From contig JBAZQK010000003.1 of assembly GCA_041645215.1 (NCBI GenBank), forward strand, positions 45,723 to 109,722: a stretch of 64,000 nt of DNA, given 5' to 3'. Below, in pieces: positions 36,534-49,083 of this stretch. The notes under the pieces were generated by a model, which saw only the letters and a program-made list of their open reading frames with translations, searched no databases and had not been told where the DNA came from. Both the position numbers and the translations under genes were made by a program. This DNA is from Patescibacteria group bacterium (GTDB lineage: Bacteria; Patescibacteriota; Patescibacteriia; Veblenbacterales; UBA10138). Numbering within the stretch: the first letter of the stretch is position 1; every line of letters begins with the position of its first letter.

Positions 36534-37994
36534 CTACTCACTAATAGACGGCTTATAATTATGCCAAGTGGTCGCCTGCTCATAAGCGTAAGCCATTCGT
36601 AAAATCATTCCTTCTGACCAGACAGAGCCGATTAATTGCAAACCGACCGGCATTTTATCAACAAAACCACAGGGAACTGACACCGCCGGCAAACCGGCGA
36701 TATTAGCCGGCACTGTATAAACATCCGCCAAGTACATGGCTAACGGATCATTGATCCGACTGCCGAACGGAAAGGCTACGGTCGGAGTGGTCGGAGTCGC
36801 CAACATGTCAAATTCGCGCCACACCCGAGTTAAATCAGCTTTTAATAGTTCTTTTACTTTTAGCGCTTGACGGTAATAAGCCTCATAATAACCCGAACTT
36901 AAAACATAGGTGCCGAGCATAATCCGGCGCTTAACCTCATTGCCAAAAAGCTGACCGCGAGTTTTAGTATAAACTTCCATTAAATTATGACCAGCGATCT
37001 GCTCGCCAAAACGAAGGCCGTCATAACGCGCTAAATTGGCGCTGACTTCAGCCGGCGCCATTACATAATAAGCCGCCAAGGCGTAAGCCATACTCGGAAT
37101 ACTGACAGCCGACACTTTAGCGCCTAAACCGGTAAGCACATCAATGGCGTCACGAACGGTTTGCGCCACTGGTTTATTTATGCCTTCCGCAAAAAATTCC
37201 TGGGGCACGCCGACGCGTAAATTTTTTACCGATTCGCCTAACTCCGCCGCGTAATCAGGCACCGGGGTTTGACTGGCGGTAGCATCATACTCATCAGCGC
37301 CGGCCATCACCGTCAAGACTCGAGCGGCATCGCCGACATTACGCGCCAACGGACCAGCCTGATCAAGCGACGATGCCATCGCGATTAAACCATAACGCGA
37401 CACCCGTCCATAGGTCGGCTTTATCCCGACCACGCCGCAAAAAGCGGCCGGCTGACGGATTGAACCGCCGGTGTCAGTTCCTAGGGCAACCATAGCTTGG
37501 CCAGCCGCGACCGCGGCCGCTGAACCGCCGGATGAGCCGCCGGGAACTCGAGTTGTGTCCCAGGGATTAAAAGTCGGATAAAATCCCGAATTTTCAGTAG
37601 ACGCGCCCATGGCGAATTCATCGCAATTAGTTTTTCCTAATATGATGGCGCCGGCTGACAATATTTTTGACACCACGGTTGACTGATAAGGCGGCACATA
37701 ATGAGCCAAGCTGCGGGAAGCGGCGGTGGTCGTTAACCCCTTAGTAATAATGACATCTTTAACGGCTACCGGCACTCCGCCCAATGGTCCAATGGCCTTA
37801 CCGCCCGCCCAAGCCCGATCAAGTTCAGTGGCACGAGCTAAAGCGGTCTCCGGCTGAACTGCCAAAAAAGCTTTAAGTTTTGGTTCCAGCTTATCAAGAC
37901 GATTTAAATAATCTTTTACCACTTCGGTTACTGAAAACAATCGGTCCTTATAACCTTGCTGTAAACTGGCAATTGTCAAATCATTCCACTTCAT
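36534..37994 (-). CDS. gatA: Glu-tRNA(Gln) amidotransferase subunit A
   Basis: Amidase signature GGSSGGSAAAVAAG and the Ser-cisSer-Lys triad context. Length is 486 aa and the gene lies directly downstream of gatC. Confidence 0.95.
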   Translation of the reverse strand: MKWNDLTIASLQQGYKDRLFSVTEVVKDYLNRLDKLEPKLKAFLAVQPETALARATELDRAWAGGKAIGPLGGVPVAVKDVIITKGLTTTAASRSLAHYVPPYQSTVVSKILSAGAIILGKTNCDEFAMGASTENSGFYPTFNPWDTTRVPGGSSGGSAAAVAAGQAMVALGTDTGGSIRQPAAFCGVVGIKPTYGRVSRYGLIAMASSLDQAGPLARNVGDAARVLTVMAGADEYDATASQTPVPDYAAELGESVKNLRVGVPQEFFAEGINKPVAQTVRDAIDVLTGLGAKVSAVSIPSMAYALAAYYVMAPAEVSANLARYDGLRFGEQIAGHNLMEVYTKTRGQLFGNEVKRRIMLGTYVLSSGYYEAYYRQALKVKELLKADLTRVWREFDMLATPTTPTVAFPFGSRINDPLAMYLADVYTVPANIAGLPAVSVPCGFVDKMPVGLQLIGSVWSEGMILRMAYAYEQATTWHNYKPSISE

Positions 37995-37998
37995 AAGC

Positions 37999-38388
37999 CT
38001 ATTTATCGTCCGGCGTCAGAATACTCTCCCGCTGTACTTCGGGAGGGACTTTTTCAGAATACCCTGCCGCCTCCGCCCGCCGGCGGACAGCGAGAGGACT
38101 TTCAGCAGCTGAAAAAATCGGCGGAACTTCTAATAAATTACCGGCTCGCCGGGGCGCTAATTTTATAATATCGCTGCCGCCGGGATAATCCGCCATTTTA
38201 TCAGCCCTTGGGCATAAAACAGTTGGCGCCGTGAATACGCTAACTGATAAATTCTTAAGTTCGGCTAATTTATCTAAATAATGCAAAACTTCGTCCAATT
38301 GAATGGTGAAGTTATCAACTTCGGATTCACTTAACTCCAGTCGAGCTAACTTAGCTAAATGAAGTATGTCGGCCTTAGATAAACTCAT
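37999..38388 (-). CDS. gatC: Glu-tRNA(Gln) amidotransferase subunit C with a C-terminal extension encoded by a repeat element
   Basis: The GatC core (ADILHLAKLARLELSESEVDNFTIQLDEVLHYLDKLAEL) is followed by about 35 extra residues. These overlap a GC-rich palindromic repeat (ccgccggcggacagcgag) at 38036-38105. Confidence 0.8.
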   Translation of the reverse strand: MSLSKADILHLAKLARLELSESEVDNFTIQLDEVLHYLDKLAELKNLSVSVFTAPTVLCPRADKMADYPGGSDIIKLAPRRAGNLLEVPPIFSAAESPLAVRRRAEAAGYSEKVPPEVQRESILTPDDK

Positions 38389-38735
38389 AAATTAAAGTAT
38401 ACAATAAACCCGCGACTACGCCAAAAGATTTAGAATAGAGAATTGCGAATCACGAATCACGAATAAAATCCTGAATAATTTATAATTTTAAATTTATAAT
38501 AATACTCTGTAGCCAATTAACAACTCAAAAGTCAAATATCAAAAGTAAAAACCGCAACGCAAAGCTTAAAACTTATAGGAACTTTTGCGTTTTAACTTGT
38601 CTCCCTTCGGGAGATCTACCGTAGGTACGATAGTTTTGCGTTTTGACCTTTAACTTTTGACTTAAAAACATTAGGATTTAAGATTTTACAAATTCATTAA
38701 ACTTTATAAAGAGATGGTTTCAAAGAATGATACTG

Positions 38736-40739
<2,004 letters not shown>

Positions 40740-41840
40740 CTAAGGACAAGTTTCGCTAATATTACCTTTGAGAATTGAACACTGCGAAAAAATCGTATAA
40801 TCAAAAACATCAGACGACGGGGCGAACTGCGGCACGGTAATAGACAAGGCCTGACGCGTATCAGCTTGCTGACCCGTAGTTGAAATTGTGATACGGGCGG
40901 GCAAAGCATACACACTGCCGTTACCATCAGTCTCGCTGTAAGCAGTTAACTGCAAATTACAAATACCGCCGTATAAAGCTTTTAACCGCAAACGGTAATT
41001 GACATAATTCGGCTGGCCCACGTTATTGATATTAATAATGACGGCTTGACCGGGACTGGCGGCAATTTGACTGTGATTAATATAACGCCGCTGAACGTCA
41101 AAATCCGACGCCGCTCCGCCCCACGATGACCAGGATAGTTCCAACCACTCCTGTCCTTGATTAACACAGGCGGTTGCGGTTGGATCCCAACTTATTTTTA
41201 ATGATTTTGCCTTTGGACTGTCGTCCAGTGAAGCGGCGGGGTCAAACAAATCAATTTGTTTAACTTCGTCCGGTTTTAAAGTAGTTATAAGAGTTGATTG
41301 GGTTTCCTGGCTGTCGCGCCACCACTGCCCTTGACTGCTAATCAAACTGACCGGGCTGGATGAGGAAACCGTCAACTGACTGCCCTTTAACCCTTCCTGT
41401 CGCCATAAATACAAACCCTGCTCCAAACCGCTTTCGGCGGCATAATAAGCCACCACTGCCCGATCGGCCGAAGTTGTAAGGCGCAACTGGCGCATGACCA
41501 AACTGCCGACTGTCAAACTGGTAACCAAAATCGTCGCCAAAGCCAACAACGCCAATAGCAATACCATCCCCTGATTATCACCCTTCGCCCCCAATACCCT
41601 GCGGTCTCCAGGCCGCAAAGGATGAATGGCGAGGATGATGGGGCTGTAGTTTTTCCGCCAAAGGCGAATCAGCCACCCTCGGCCTGCCATTCGGCGGAGC
41701 CTCGCCTTTGGCGGGGCGTGCTGGCTGAAGCGGGACGAGGGGAGTAGGTAAAAAAGGCTACGGGTGATGAATCCTAAAATAGAGGATACCCGGTGGTCTT
41801 GCCACCGGGAGAATTCATTTTTTTCTCTTGTATAAAACAT
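40740..41840 (-). CDS. PilX-like minor pilin/pilus-associated protein. The real start is probably the internal ATG (MVLLLALLAL) near 41570.
   Basis: A hydrophobic N-terminal helix is followed by a PilX_N-like motif (AVVAYYAAESGLEQGLY). The N-terminal 90 codons of the track ORF are read through a copy of the GC-rich dispersed repeat at 41610-41765. Confidence 0.55.
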   Translation of the reverse strand: MFYTREKNEFSRWQDHRVSSILGFITRSLFYLLPSSRFSQHAPPKARLRRMAGRGWLIRLWRKNYSPIILAIHPLRPGDRRVLGAKGDNQGMVLLLALLALATILVTSLTVGSLVMRQLRLTTSADRAVVAYYAAESGLEQGLYLWRQEGLKGSQLTVSSSSPVSLISSQGQWWRDSQETQSTLITTLKPDEVKQIDLFDPAASLDDSPKAKSLKISWDPTATACVNQGQEWLELSWSSWGGAASDFDVQRRYINHSQIAASPGQAVIININNVGQPNYVNYRLRLKALYGGICNLQLTAYSETDGNGSVYALPARITISTTGQQADTRQALSITVPQFAPSSDVFDYTIFSQCSILKGNISETCP

Positions 41841-41843
41841 AGA

Positions 41844-42488
41844 TTAGCGACGGTAAATTCGGCTAACGACTGAAGTTTGCAAGAAAAAACTGACTGGCGC
41901 GTCAAGCGGCGAATTGGGCAGTGCCTGGGCGCTTATTACAATTGTAAGGCGCGGCTGCTCATTGGGCGCCGCCGCTGACAACGCGAACGGATCAGTATCA
42001 GGCACGATATAAAACTGGACCAAGTTTAGTTTTATATTATCCGACAGCAAAGATTGCCAGTTATCAACCTCGCCCCGGCTAACCTGCAATTGTAAAACAC
42101 CGCCCCCCACGTCCGCGACTCGCCAACGGACCGCGCCGCCGGCCGGATCACGCAAGGCTAATATCGAAGCGGCTTGCACCTGACTGCCCGTTTTTAAACT
42201 TAGGTTGTTGCTAACATAATAATCATAATCAATTGAATCCTGGCGCATTTGCTGCACCATGGTATCAACGGCAAATCTCATGTCACGCTGAACTGATTGG
42301 CTGGCAACTAATTTGCGATGGGCGCGCGTCGCCGTAAAAAAAATATCAGTCGCCGCCACCATCACCAGCGAAAAAACAGCCAACGCCACGATCATTTCCA
42401 TGGTGGTGAAAGCCGGCCGCCAACCTTCTCTAATTTTGGGGCGCGCTTGGTATAGTCGCATATCGCCAATTATATAAAAAATCCTCAA
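41844..42488 (-). CDS. Type IV pilin-like minor pilin (PilW-like). The real start is probably the second ATG, near 42461.
   Basis: Class III signal-peptide motif G|FTTMEMIVALAVFSLVMV, with Glu at +5. Confidence 0.65.
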   Translation of the reverse strand: MRIFYIIGDMRLYQARPKIREGWRPAFTTMEMIVALAVFSLVMVAATDIFFTATRAHRKLVASQSVQRDMRFAVDTMVQQMRQDSIDYDYYVSNNLSLKTGSQVQAASILALRDPAGGAVRWRVADVGGGVLQLQVSRGEVDNWQSLLSDNIKLNLVQFYIVPDTDPFALSAAAPNEQPRLTIVISAQALPNSPLDAPVSFFLQTSVVSRIYRR

Positions 42489-43098
42489 TCTTTAAGCTAT
42501 GGCTGTTATTGCGTTCATCCCACTTAACCTCAACTACCACTCTAATTCCCACTTGCGCCTCGCTGCCGCCGCAACCGGTACCTGAACTGGTTTCAGTTTG
42601 AGCGGCCTGATTGCGGCAAATTGGATAAAGCCATAATAAACGACGCCAAATTGTGGAACTGGCCCCGCTAATCGGCACGGTGCCGGATTGGCGGTATAAC
42701 GAATTCTGGTCGCGGTAAATCGCGGCTGACGGATTAGTTTGATCATTGGGCGAAAAATACATAGACCAACCAAGCGAACTTGGATCAAGGATTGGGACGG
42801 CGGTAATATCAGCGCCGTTGGCAGTATAACCCAGACAATTCACACCACTTGACACGCATTGGTACCACGGCACAGTGGCGCCGGCTAACCAAGCGTTATC
42901 ACGAATCGCCCGCGCCGCCTCAACCGCTTCGCGAGCTAAATTAAGGGCGGTTAACCGATTTTGATTCTCGGTGCCGGCGGCCAAATTTGAAATCGTCAAA
43001 CTCATCACCCCAATAACTCCGCTCAAAATAACCGCAATCGCGACAATCGTTTCCAGCAAACCTTGGCCTTTTACGCAACGCCAATTGATTCTAACCAT
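42430..43098 (-). CDS. Type IV pilin-like minor pilin (PilV-like)
   Basis: Prepilin motif G|QGLLETIVAIAVILSGVIGV. Confidence 0.65.
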   Translation of the reverse strand: MVRINWRCVKGQGLLETIVAIAVILSGVIGVMSLTISNLAAGTENQNRLTALNLAREAVEAARAIRDNAWLAGATVPWYQCVSSGVNCLGYTANGADITAVPILDPSSLGWSMYFSPNDQTNPSAAIYRDQNSLYRQSGTVPISGASSTIWRRLLWLYPICRNQAAQTETSSGTGCGGSEAQVGIRVVVEVKWDERNNSHSLKIEDFLYNWRYATIPSAPQN

Positions 43099-43100
43099 AA

Positions 43101-43694
43101 TTATTGAACGTTAATCTGCCCCGAAATAGCGTTAACTGTCACATTAATTAAATTTCCACTGCGGCTATGGCGCAACCCGACCTGCAAAGAGCCGCCCCAG
43201 CCGCCGCCGTTTAGAGAACCGTTAATGTAACGATCACCCAAGGGTGGTCGAAAACTAAAAGCCACGGCGGGCAACACCGGGGTTAAAGTATTTATAGTTA
43301 CATTGGCCGGCAAGTTGTAAGTCCAACCGGAAATGATTTCATTGGCGCTATCAAATAAACCGTTGCTGTTAAGGTCGGGAAACAAAATTAGTTGATTGGG
43401 GCTGCTTAAATCAAAATATACGCCATAGCCGCCGCTGGGAACAAACGTACTGCCGCCAATATTAACGGTCGTGCCGGCCAACGCTTGAGCCTGGGCCTGC
43501 TCTAATACCGAAGCGACCAGAAAGCCGGCTTGACGCAACTGGTCCTGCTGTGAGCCCTGCCTAAAATTAGCTATCATTATACTGGCGATAATCACAAAAA
43601 TACTAATCGCTACTAACAAATCAACGGTGGTAAAGCCGAATCGAGTTATTGGTTTAACAACTGACATAATTTTATAATCCGAGCCAAGCGCCAT
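43101..43694 (-). CDS. Type IV pilin-like protein (FimT/GspH-like)
   Basis: Prepilin-like N-terminus G|FTTVDLLVAISIFVIIASI, with Asp in place of Glu at +5. Confidence 0.6.
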   Translation of the reverse strand: MALGSDYKIMSVVKPITRFGFTTVDLLVAISIFVIIASIMIANFRQGSQQDQLRQAGFLVASVLEQAQAQALAGTTVNIGGSTFVPSGGYGVYFDLSSPNQLILFPDLNSNGLFDSANEIISGWTYNLPANVTINTLTPVLPAVAFSFRPPLGDRYINGSLNGGGWGGSLQVGLRHSRSGNLINVTVNAISGQINVQ

Positions 43695-44424
43695 ACCACT
43701 GCCAAATTAAACTGCCCCCGACAAAAACTAACCAAGTGGCAACTGCCAAAAATGTTCCAAATGGCAGTTGCGTATCCCGCCGCGCCCGTTTAAGAGCCAA
43801 CATTACCAGCGCCACGACCGCGCCTGACCAATAAGCTATTATTAAAGCCATAATAGTGTAACGCCAACCTAAGGCCACTCCCATTAACAAGCCAAACCTG
43901 ATATCCCCCGCCCCCACCCAGCGACCGCGCGACCAATAATATTGCAGTGCGAACCAGCCGGCTCCCACGGCCGCGCCGACCGCCAAGTCCAACCAGCTCC
44001 GCCCTATTAGTAAATTTAAAATTAACAGCACCACTGTACCGCTCAAAGTTAAACTGTCCGGCAATATCATATATTGCCAATCAAACACAAATAAAACTAT
44101 TAAATAACTGACCAACACCAAATAAGTCAACAGCATTAGCCATTGGCCGCCGGGAATTAGCGCCGCGCCCAGCGCAAACCAGGCGGCGGTTACCGCCTCA
44201 ACCAACGGGTACTGCCAGGAAATTGGTTGGCGGCAAAACGCGCACCGCGAGCGCAAATAAAAAAATGATACTAGTGGTATATTGTGATACCAATATAACT
44301 GCTGGCGGCAGTGCCGACAGCGCGACCGACCGGTTAGTTTTTCTCCAGCCGACAAACGCCAAATCACCACATTGAGAAAACTGCCCACTATCAAACCGAA
44401 AATCGCTAATATAAGCAATTCCAT
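43672..44424 (-). CDS. pilD: Prepilin peptidase (A24 family)
   Basis: N-terminal tetracysteine Zn motif (CRHC ... CAFC) and a polytopic peptidase-A24 core with the conserved Asp-containing GAGD motif. Confidence 0.85.
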   Translation of the reverse strand: MELLILAIFGLIVGSFLNVVIWRLSAGEKLTGRSRCRHCRQQLYWYHNIPLVSFFYLRSRCAFCRQPISWQYPLVEAVTAAWFALGAALIPGGQWLMLLTYLVLVSYLIVLFVFDWQYMILPDSLTLSGTVVLLILNLLIGRSWLDLAVGAAVGAGWFALQYYWSRGRWVGAGDIRFGLLMGVALGWRYTIMALIIAYWSGAVVALVMLALKRARRDTQLPFGTFLAVATWLVFVGGSLIWQWYGAWLGL

Positions 44425-44819
44425 AACTTTAGAATATCATTTTCAGGCGACTTGGCCAAGTTGCCGGCTGGGTTAGGATAAAACTCCACGATCTCATCCA
44501 GCCTTCGTCCGCGGCGGCGAACTACGGCGGATTTGGCCGGCGGTGGCGTCTTGCAAAACATTAATCTGACCCCCTTTTTTTATATTATACTTTTAAATTA
44601 AAGGTACCTGACCCTTTTTCAATTCGCTGTTAGTAGTTACGGGATTTATGTCCGGTGCCGCCATAGCGGCATCCCGCAAAATTAAAATTTTTTTTAATAG
44701 TAGGTGCGGTGACCGGACATAAATCCCTGAAGTGGCTATTTAGTTTTTACCTGACACCTTTTTCCCTCTGGGATAGAATGAATTAAAACATTAAGAAAAA
44801 CGGTCCTCGTGAGACTTAT

Positions 44820-45749
44820 TTATTCATTAATGCGTTCTAAAACATTAAAGCCGCTAAGAATAACATCGCAAATAAAATCTTCGAGTTGACTTTGGTCATC
44901 TTTAGTTTGAGCTTTATAAAGATAAGTATAATAAAGCTGTTTTTGCTGTTGATGAATAATCGCCGGCGCTAAATTAGCTTTCAAAAGCATAGCGTTCATA
45001 AGCAAACGTCCCACCCGACCATTCCCATCAGAGAATGGATGAATTTGTTCAAAGCGACTATGAACATTAGCTGAAATATTCACAATATCTTTTTTTGTTT
45101 TTTCTGCATCAAGAATAATTGACTTCATCAAATCTGGTATCCGTATATAATTAGCTGTTGGCAAGCTAACACCCACAATTCTAACTGCATGATTACGATA
45201 CATTCCCGCATCTCCACGAATTCCATTCATAAGAATACTATGCAATTTCAGTATTAAATTTTCGTTAATTTTCCCTTTTTTAGCTAGGTAATTAAATAAG
45301 TAATTTAGGGCGGTTTGATGATTTTTTGCTTCTAACTGTTCAACTAGACTTTTATTTGGTAGAGCTACATTTTCAAAAAGAACAGCAGCTGTATCTAGTT
45401 CAGTAAGGGTATTTCCTTCAATGCTATTGCTATGATAAGTAAGTTTTAAAATAAATTCATCGAGAATATCTTGATTATTTAAAATTTCATTAATAATACT
45501 TTTGTATTTAGATGATTTTTTCTTTAAAATCTGTTTTTTGGCTGTAAGCTTATCATCTGAAATGATTTTTTGCCCAGTAACCTCTAAAAATAAATCATTT
45601 ATAATTGATTCCTTTTTTTTATGAGGAACAGATTTTCCTGTCCACCAATTATTAAAGGCAACAAAAGAAACTCCAAACTTTTCTGCCAATTTAGTCTGAG
45701 TTAATCCAAGTCTTTTTTGAATAATTTTAAGTTTTTGCTGTGTATTCAT
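44820..45749 (-). CDS. Fic-family protein (class II, self-inhibited) with an N-terminal XRE-type HTH
   Basis: Fic motif HPFSDGNGRVGRLL, inhibitory-helix motif SNSIEGN upstream of it, and an N-terminal HTH (LGLTQTKLAEKFGVSFVAFNNW). Confidence 0.85.
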   Translation of the reverse strand: MNTQQKLKIIQKRLGLTQTKLAEKFGVSFVAFNNWWTGKSVPHKKKESIINDLFLEVTGQKIISDDKLTAKKQILKKKSSKYKSIINEILNNQDILDEFILKLTYHSNSIEGNTLTELDTAAVLFENVALPNKSLVEQLEAKNHQTALNYLFNYLAKKGKINENLILKLHSILMNGIRGDAGMYRNHAVRIVGVSLPTANYIRIPDLMKSIILDAEKTKKDIVNISANVHSRFEQIHPFSDGNGRVGRLLMNAMLLKANLAPAIIHQQQKQLYYTYLYKAQTKDDQSQLEDFICDVILSGFNVLERINE

Positions 45750-46030
45750 ATATAGATATTATCAAACTTTATAAAGTTAGTCAAAACAGTGAAAACTTTA
45801 TAAAGTTACAAAATTCAAGGACTTGCTTTAAGCTCTTTTAAGGCAAGACCTTTTTCCGACTTAAAAATATCGGATGTCCAAGCTACGGTTCTTGCGAGAT
45901 CCAACTAAAAGGCTCCTGACACCTTTTTCCTTTTTTCCTTGACATCTCTTTTTGTGCATATATTACATTTGCCGCTATAATCTGTTATAATCCACTATAT
46001 ACAGTATAGCGTTAATTTTTAATAAAACTT

Positions 46031-47095
46031 ATGGACGACATTTTCCGAAAATTTGATCATCGCATAAAAAATCCCGATCCGCATATCGTGACTCTTTTGG
46101 CTGAGATTGATGGTATTCGCGGCGAGTTCAAAGGGGGCTTAAGAATGACGCCTCAGGCCATTATTAACCTTAAGAGATCAACACTAATCACCTCTGCCGG
46201 TGCTTCGACTCGTATTGAGGGCGCAAAACTGACCGACGAGGAAGTCGAGAAGGTCATGCGCGGCCTTGCAGTCTCAAAGTTTGCTGATCGTGACTCGCAG
46301 GAAGTTCAGGGATATCTTGAAACGCTTCAGAATGTTTTTGATAGTTTCCAAACCTTGCCGCTTCGGGAGAGTGTTATCACTTCGCTTCATAATCAACTTC
46401 TTAAATACTCCCACAAAGACGATACGCATCGTGGTGGTTATAAAAAGAAAGAGAACACAGTTGGTGTACCGGGACCGGACGGCAAAGTGGCGCAAATCAT
46501 GTTCGAGACCACCCCGGCGTACCTTACGCCAAAGGAAATGCAGGAACTTGTTGAGTGGACTGATGATGCGCTCGAAAAAAACCGCTTTCATCATCTTCTA
46601 ATTATCGCAAATTTTATTGTAGAGTTTTTGAAAATTCACCCGTTTGAAGATGGTAATGGGCGTCTTTCGCGCGTCCTTTCAAATTTACTTTTACTGCGAT
46701 TTGGTTACCAGTTTGTACAGTACGTCTCGCATGAACAAATTATTGAGCGCCGCAAGGACGAATACTATATTGCTCTCCGCAAATCTCAAGAGACATTCAA
46801 GACTGATCACGATACCATCGCACCGTGGCTCAATTTCTTTCTTTCGGTAGTCAGAGAACAAGCGGCAAAGGCTCTTTCGTATCTAAAAGAAGAAAAAGTT
46901 GAGGATATGCTGTCTCCCAAGCAATACGAAGTATGGAAGTATGTTTTAAGTGTCGGAGAGGCCGCACCGGGTGAGATCGTAAAAGCAACCGGTATCGCAT
47001 TGGGTACAGTTCGTCAAGCGCTTAATAGTTTGGTTGAACTCGGAAAAGTGAAACGTATCGGGCGTGGCCGGAGTACACGGTACCTAAAAATATAA
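46031..47095 (+). CDS. Fic-family protein (class II) with a C-terminal winged-helix domain
   Basis: Fic motif HPFEDGNGRLSRVL, inhibitory motif STRIEGA, and a C-terminal wHTH-like region (PGEIVKATGIALGTVRQALNSLVELGKVKRIGRGRSTRY). Confidence 0.85.
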   Translation: MDDIFRKFDHRIKNPDPHIVTLLAEIDGIRGEFKGGLRMTPQAIINLKRSTLITSAGASTRIEGAKLTDEEVEKVMRGLAVSKFADRDSQEVQGYLETLQNVFDSFQTLPLRESVITSLHNQLLKYSHKDDTHRGGYKKKENTVGVPGPDGKVAQIMFETTPAYLTPKEMQELVEWTDDALEKNRFHHLLIIANFIVEFLKIHPFEDGNGRLSRVLSNLLLLRFGYQFVQYVSHEQIIERRKDEYYIALRKSQETFKTDHDTIAPWLNFFLSVVREQAAKALSYLKEEKVEDMLSPKQYEVWKYVLSVGEAAPGEIVKATGIALGTVRQALNSLVELGKVKRIGRGRSTRYLKI

Positions 47096-47357
47096 ATTAA
47101 TTTAGGAAATCGCTTAAAGAACGGTTCTTGCGTAATTCAATTAAAAGGTTCCTGATACCTTTTTCCTGTTCTAGGATAGAGTGAATTAAAACACTAAAAA
47201 AAATCTGCCTGTTGCGGGGAATAAAGAAAGGCTCCTGACCCCCATTTACCTCATTTACCCATTTCTGTCCCCATTTATTTCGTGAATGGAGAGTTATTTT
47301 TGTAGTTTTTCACGATTATGTTGACAAAACAGTGAAAAAAGAATATAATAGTGGTAT

Positions 47358-48233
47358 ATGACTAAAATACTTAATGTTTTCAATAAAATAAATTCTTTAC
47401 GTGAAAGATATTATAAAGCATCTACGGGAAAAGAGGCGCTTATTAAACTTATTGCTGAAACTGAAGTTGCCGAGCAAGTATATAACTCAAATGCTATAGA
47501 AAACAACACTCTTACTCTTGAAGAAACTGAAAAAATACTTCTTCAAATTGATCTTGATAGATATATCACTGAGCGAGAAATATTTGAAACAAAAAATTTA
47601 GCAAGAGTTGTATCATATATAGATAAAAAAGCCAAAGAACAAGAACTTACTCTTGATGTTATTTTATCGCTTCATAAAATGTTGATTTCAAATATACGCA
47701 ATGATGTTGCTGGAAGATTCAGAAAAGATAATGAATATGTTCGAGTAGCTAATTACATTGCACCAGCTCCAAAAGAAGTTCTAACAAGACTTGAAAAAAT
47801 GCTGACAGAATACAATGCTACAAGCCATGAAAATATTATTAAACGTATTGCGCGCTTGCACCTTACTTTTGAACACATCCATCCATTTGTTGATGGCAAC
47901 GGTCGTATCGGAAGAGTAATAAATAATTACCTGCTTATAAGAGAAGGATTTGTTCCAATAAATATAAAATTTATTGATAGAAAAAAATATTATGAAGCTT
48001 TCAAAGAATTTGATAAAAAAAACATAACTACTGTTATGGAAGAAATGGTAGGGAAAGCGCTTACTAACAGTTATTATAAAAGATTAGCATACTTGGAAGA
48101 CAAAAAAATTATTCTGCTTGTTGAGTATGCAAAAAGTAACAAGCTTTCACATTCAAATCTTATAAATAAAGCTAATCGACAGACTATTGAGGCTTTTTTA
48201 GAAAAGAACGTTTGGAAAATTGGTGTTGATTAA
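47358..48233 (+). CDS. Fic-family protein (class II, third paralog)
   Basis: Fic motif HPFVDGNGRIGRVI and inhibitory motif SNAIENN. Confidence 0.85.
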   Translation: MTKILNVFNKINSLRERYYKASTGKEALIKLIAETEVAEQVYNSNAIENNTLTLEETEKILLQIDLDRYITEREIFETKNLARVVSYIDKKAKEQELTLDVILSLHKMLISNIRNDVAGRFRKDNEYVRVANYIAPAPKEVLTRLEKMLTEYNATSHENIIKRIARLHLTFEHIHPFVDGNGRIGRVINNYLLIREGFVPINIKFIDRKKYYEAFKEFDKKNITTVMEEMVGKALTNSYYKRLAYLEDKKIILLVEYAKSNKLSHSNLINKANRQTIEAFLEKNVWKIGVD

Positions 48234-48366
48234 AAAATGAAGCCTCCACGGGCTCATCCAGCCTTCGTCCTCCTTGGGAGGAGGGTTGGGGGTTGTATTA
48301 TTTTTAGTGAATTAAAACATTAAGAAAAAGTTGCCTGTCGCGAGGAGTGTATATGTTATCACTAAT

Positions 48367-48717
48367 TTAGGGTATGGTAAGTTCAGGATTTTTAGAAATA
48401 TAATCATCTATGGCAATCTTCAATTTTGGCAACTCGTGAGTAATGATATTCCAAATAATATCTACATCAATATCAAAATAATCATGCACAAGCTTATCTC
48501 TAGTGCCAGCTATATTTTTCCACGGAATATCAGAATATGTTGTCGTAAGATCGTCAGGCAGATTTTTAGATGCTTCACCAATAACCATAACATCATAAAC
48601 AACAGCGCGTAAAAGTACATCATTATGAGACAAATCAACACAACTTACATCTTTTGTCGCTTTTTGTATTCTTTTTATGGCATCGCGTATATGCAATACT
48701 CTGATGTTAATCTTCAT
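48367..48717 (-). CDS. HepT-like (DUF86) toxin of a HepT/MNT toxin-antitoxin pair
   Basis: Rx4HxY motif (RDKLVHDYFDID). Overlaps the upstream MNT gene by 11 bp. Confidence 0.7.
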   Translation of the reverse strand: MKINIRVLHIRDAIKRIQKATKDVSCVDLSHNDVLLRAVVYDVMVIGEASKNLPDDLTTTYSDIPWKNIAGTRDKLVHDYFDIDVDIIWNIITHELPKLKIAIDDYISKNPELTIP

Positions 48718-49039
48718 AAATAGGCTTTAAATCGTTAAACACTGAACTTTTAATATAACGTCCAATGTTTTTTTCGGTGGCTAAATCTACCTTACGGCCA
48801 ACTTTTTCTTCAAGTTCGCGCTCAACACCAATAAGATCAAATAAAGAAAAGGCGCTATTTTGCTTCAAACGAATCATAATATCAATGTCGCTTTCAGATT
48901 TTTCTTCACCTCGCGCGAACGACCCAAAAACACCCGCATAAGAAATCGGATATTTCTTAAATACCGGTTCAATTTTCTTTTTTATCTCATTGAGTCTTTT
49001 ATCGCTTACCATATCATTTATTATAATACAATACAACAA
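48707..49039 (-). CDS. MNT-type nucleotidyltransferase (antitoxin partner of HepT)
   Basis: GSx(n)DxD motif GVFGSFARGEEKSESDIDIMI. Confidence 0.75.
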   Translation of the reverse strand: MLYCIIINDMVSDKRLNEIKKKIEPVFKKYPISYAGVFGSFARGEEKSESDIDIMIRLKQNSAFSLFDLIGVERELEEKVGRKVDLATEKNIGRYIKSSVFNDLKPIYED

Positions 49040-49083
49040 AAAAACTAGTAATAGTCCCTACAGAGCAGGACTTAGATCACATA

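Noticed and set aside
46266-46850. ORFs 46266-46601 (+), 46274-46594 (-) and 46644-46850 (+) inside the second Fic gene
   Set aside because: They are fully contained within a CDS that carries a canonical Fic motif, so they are spurious.
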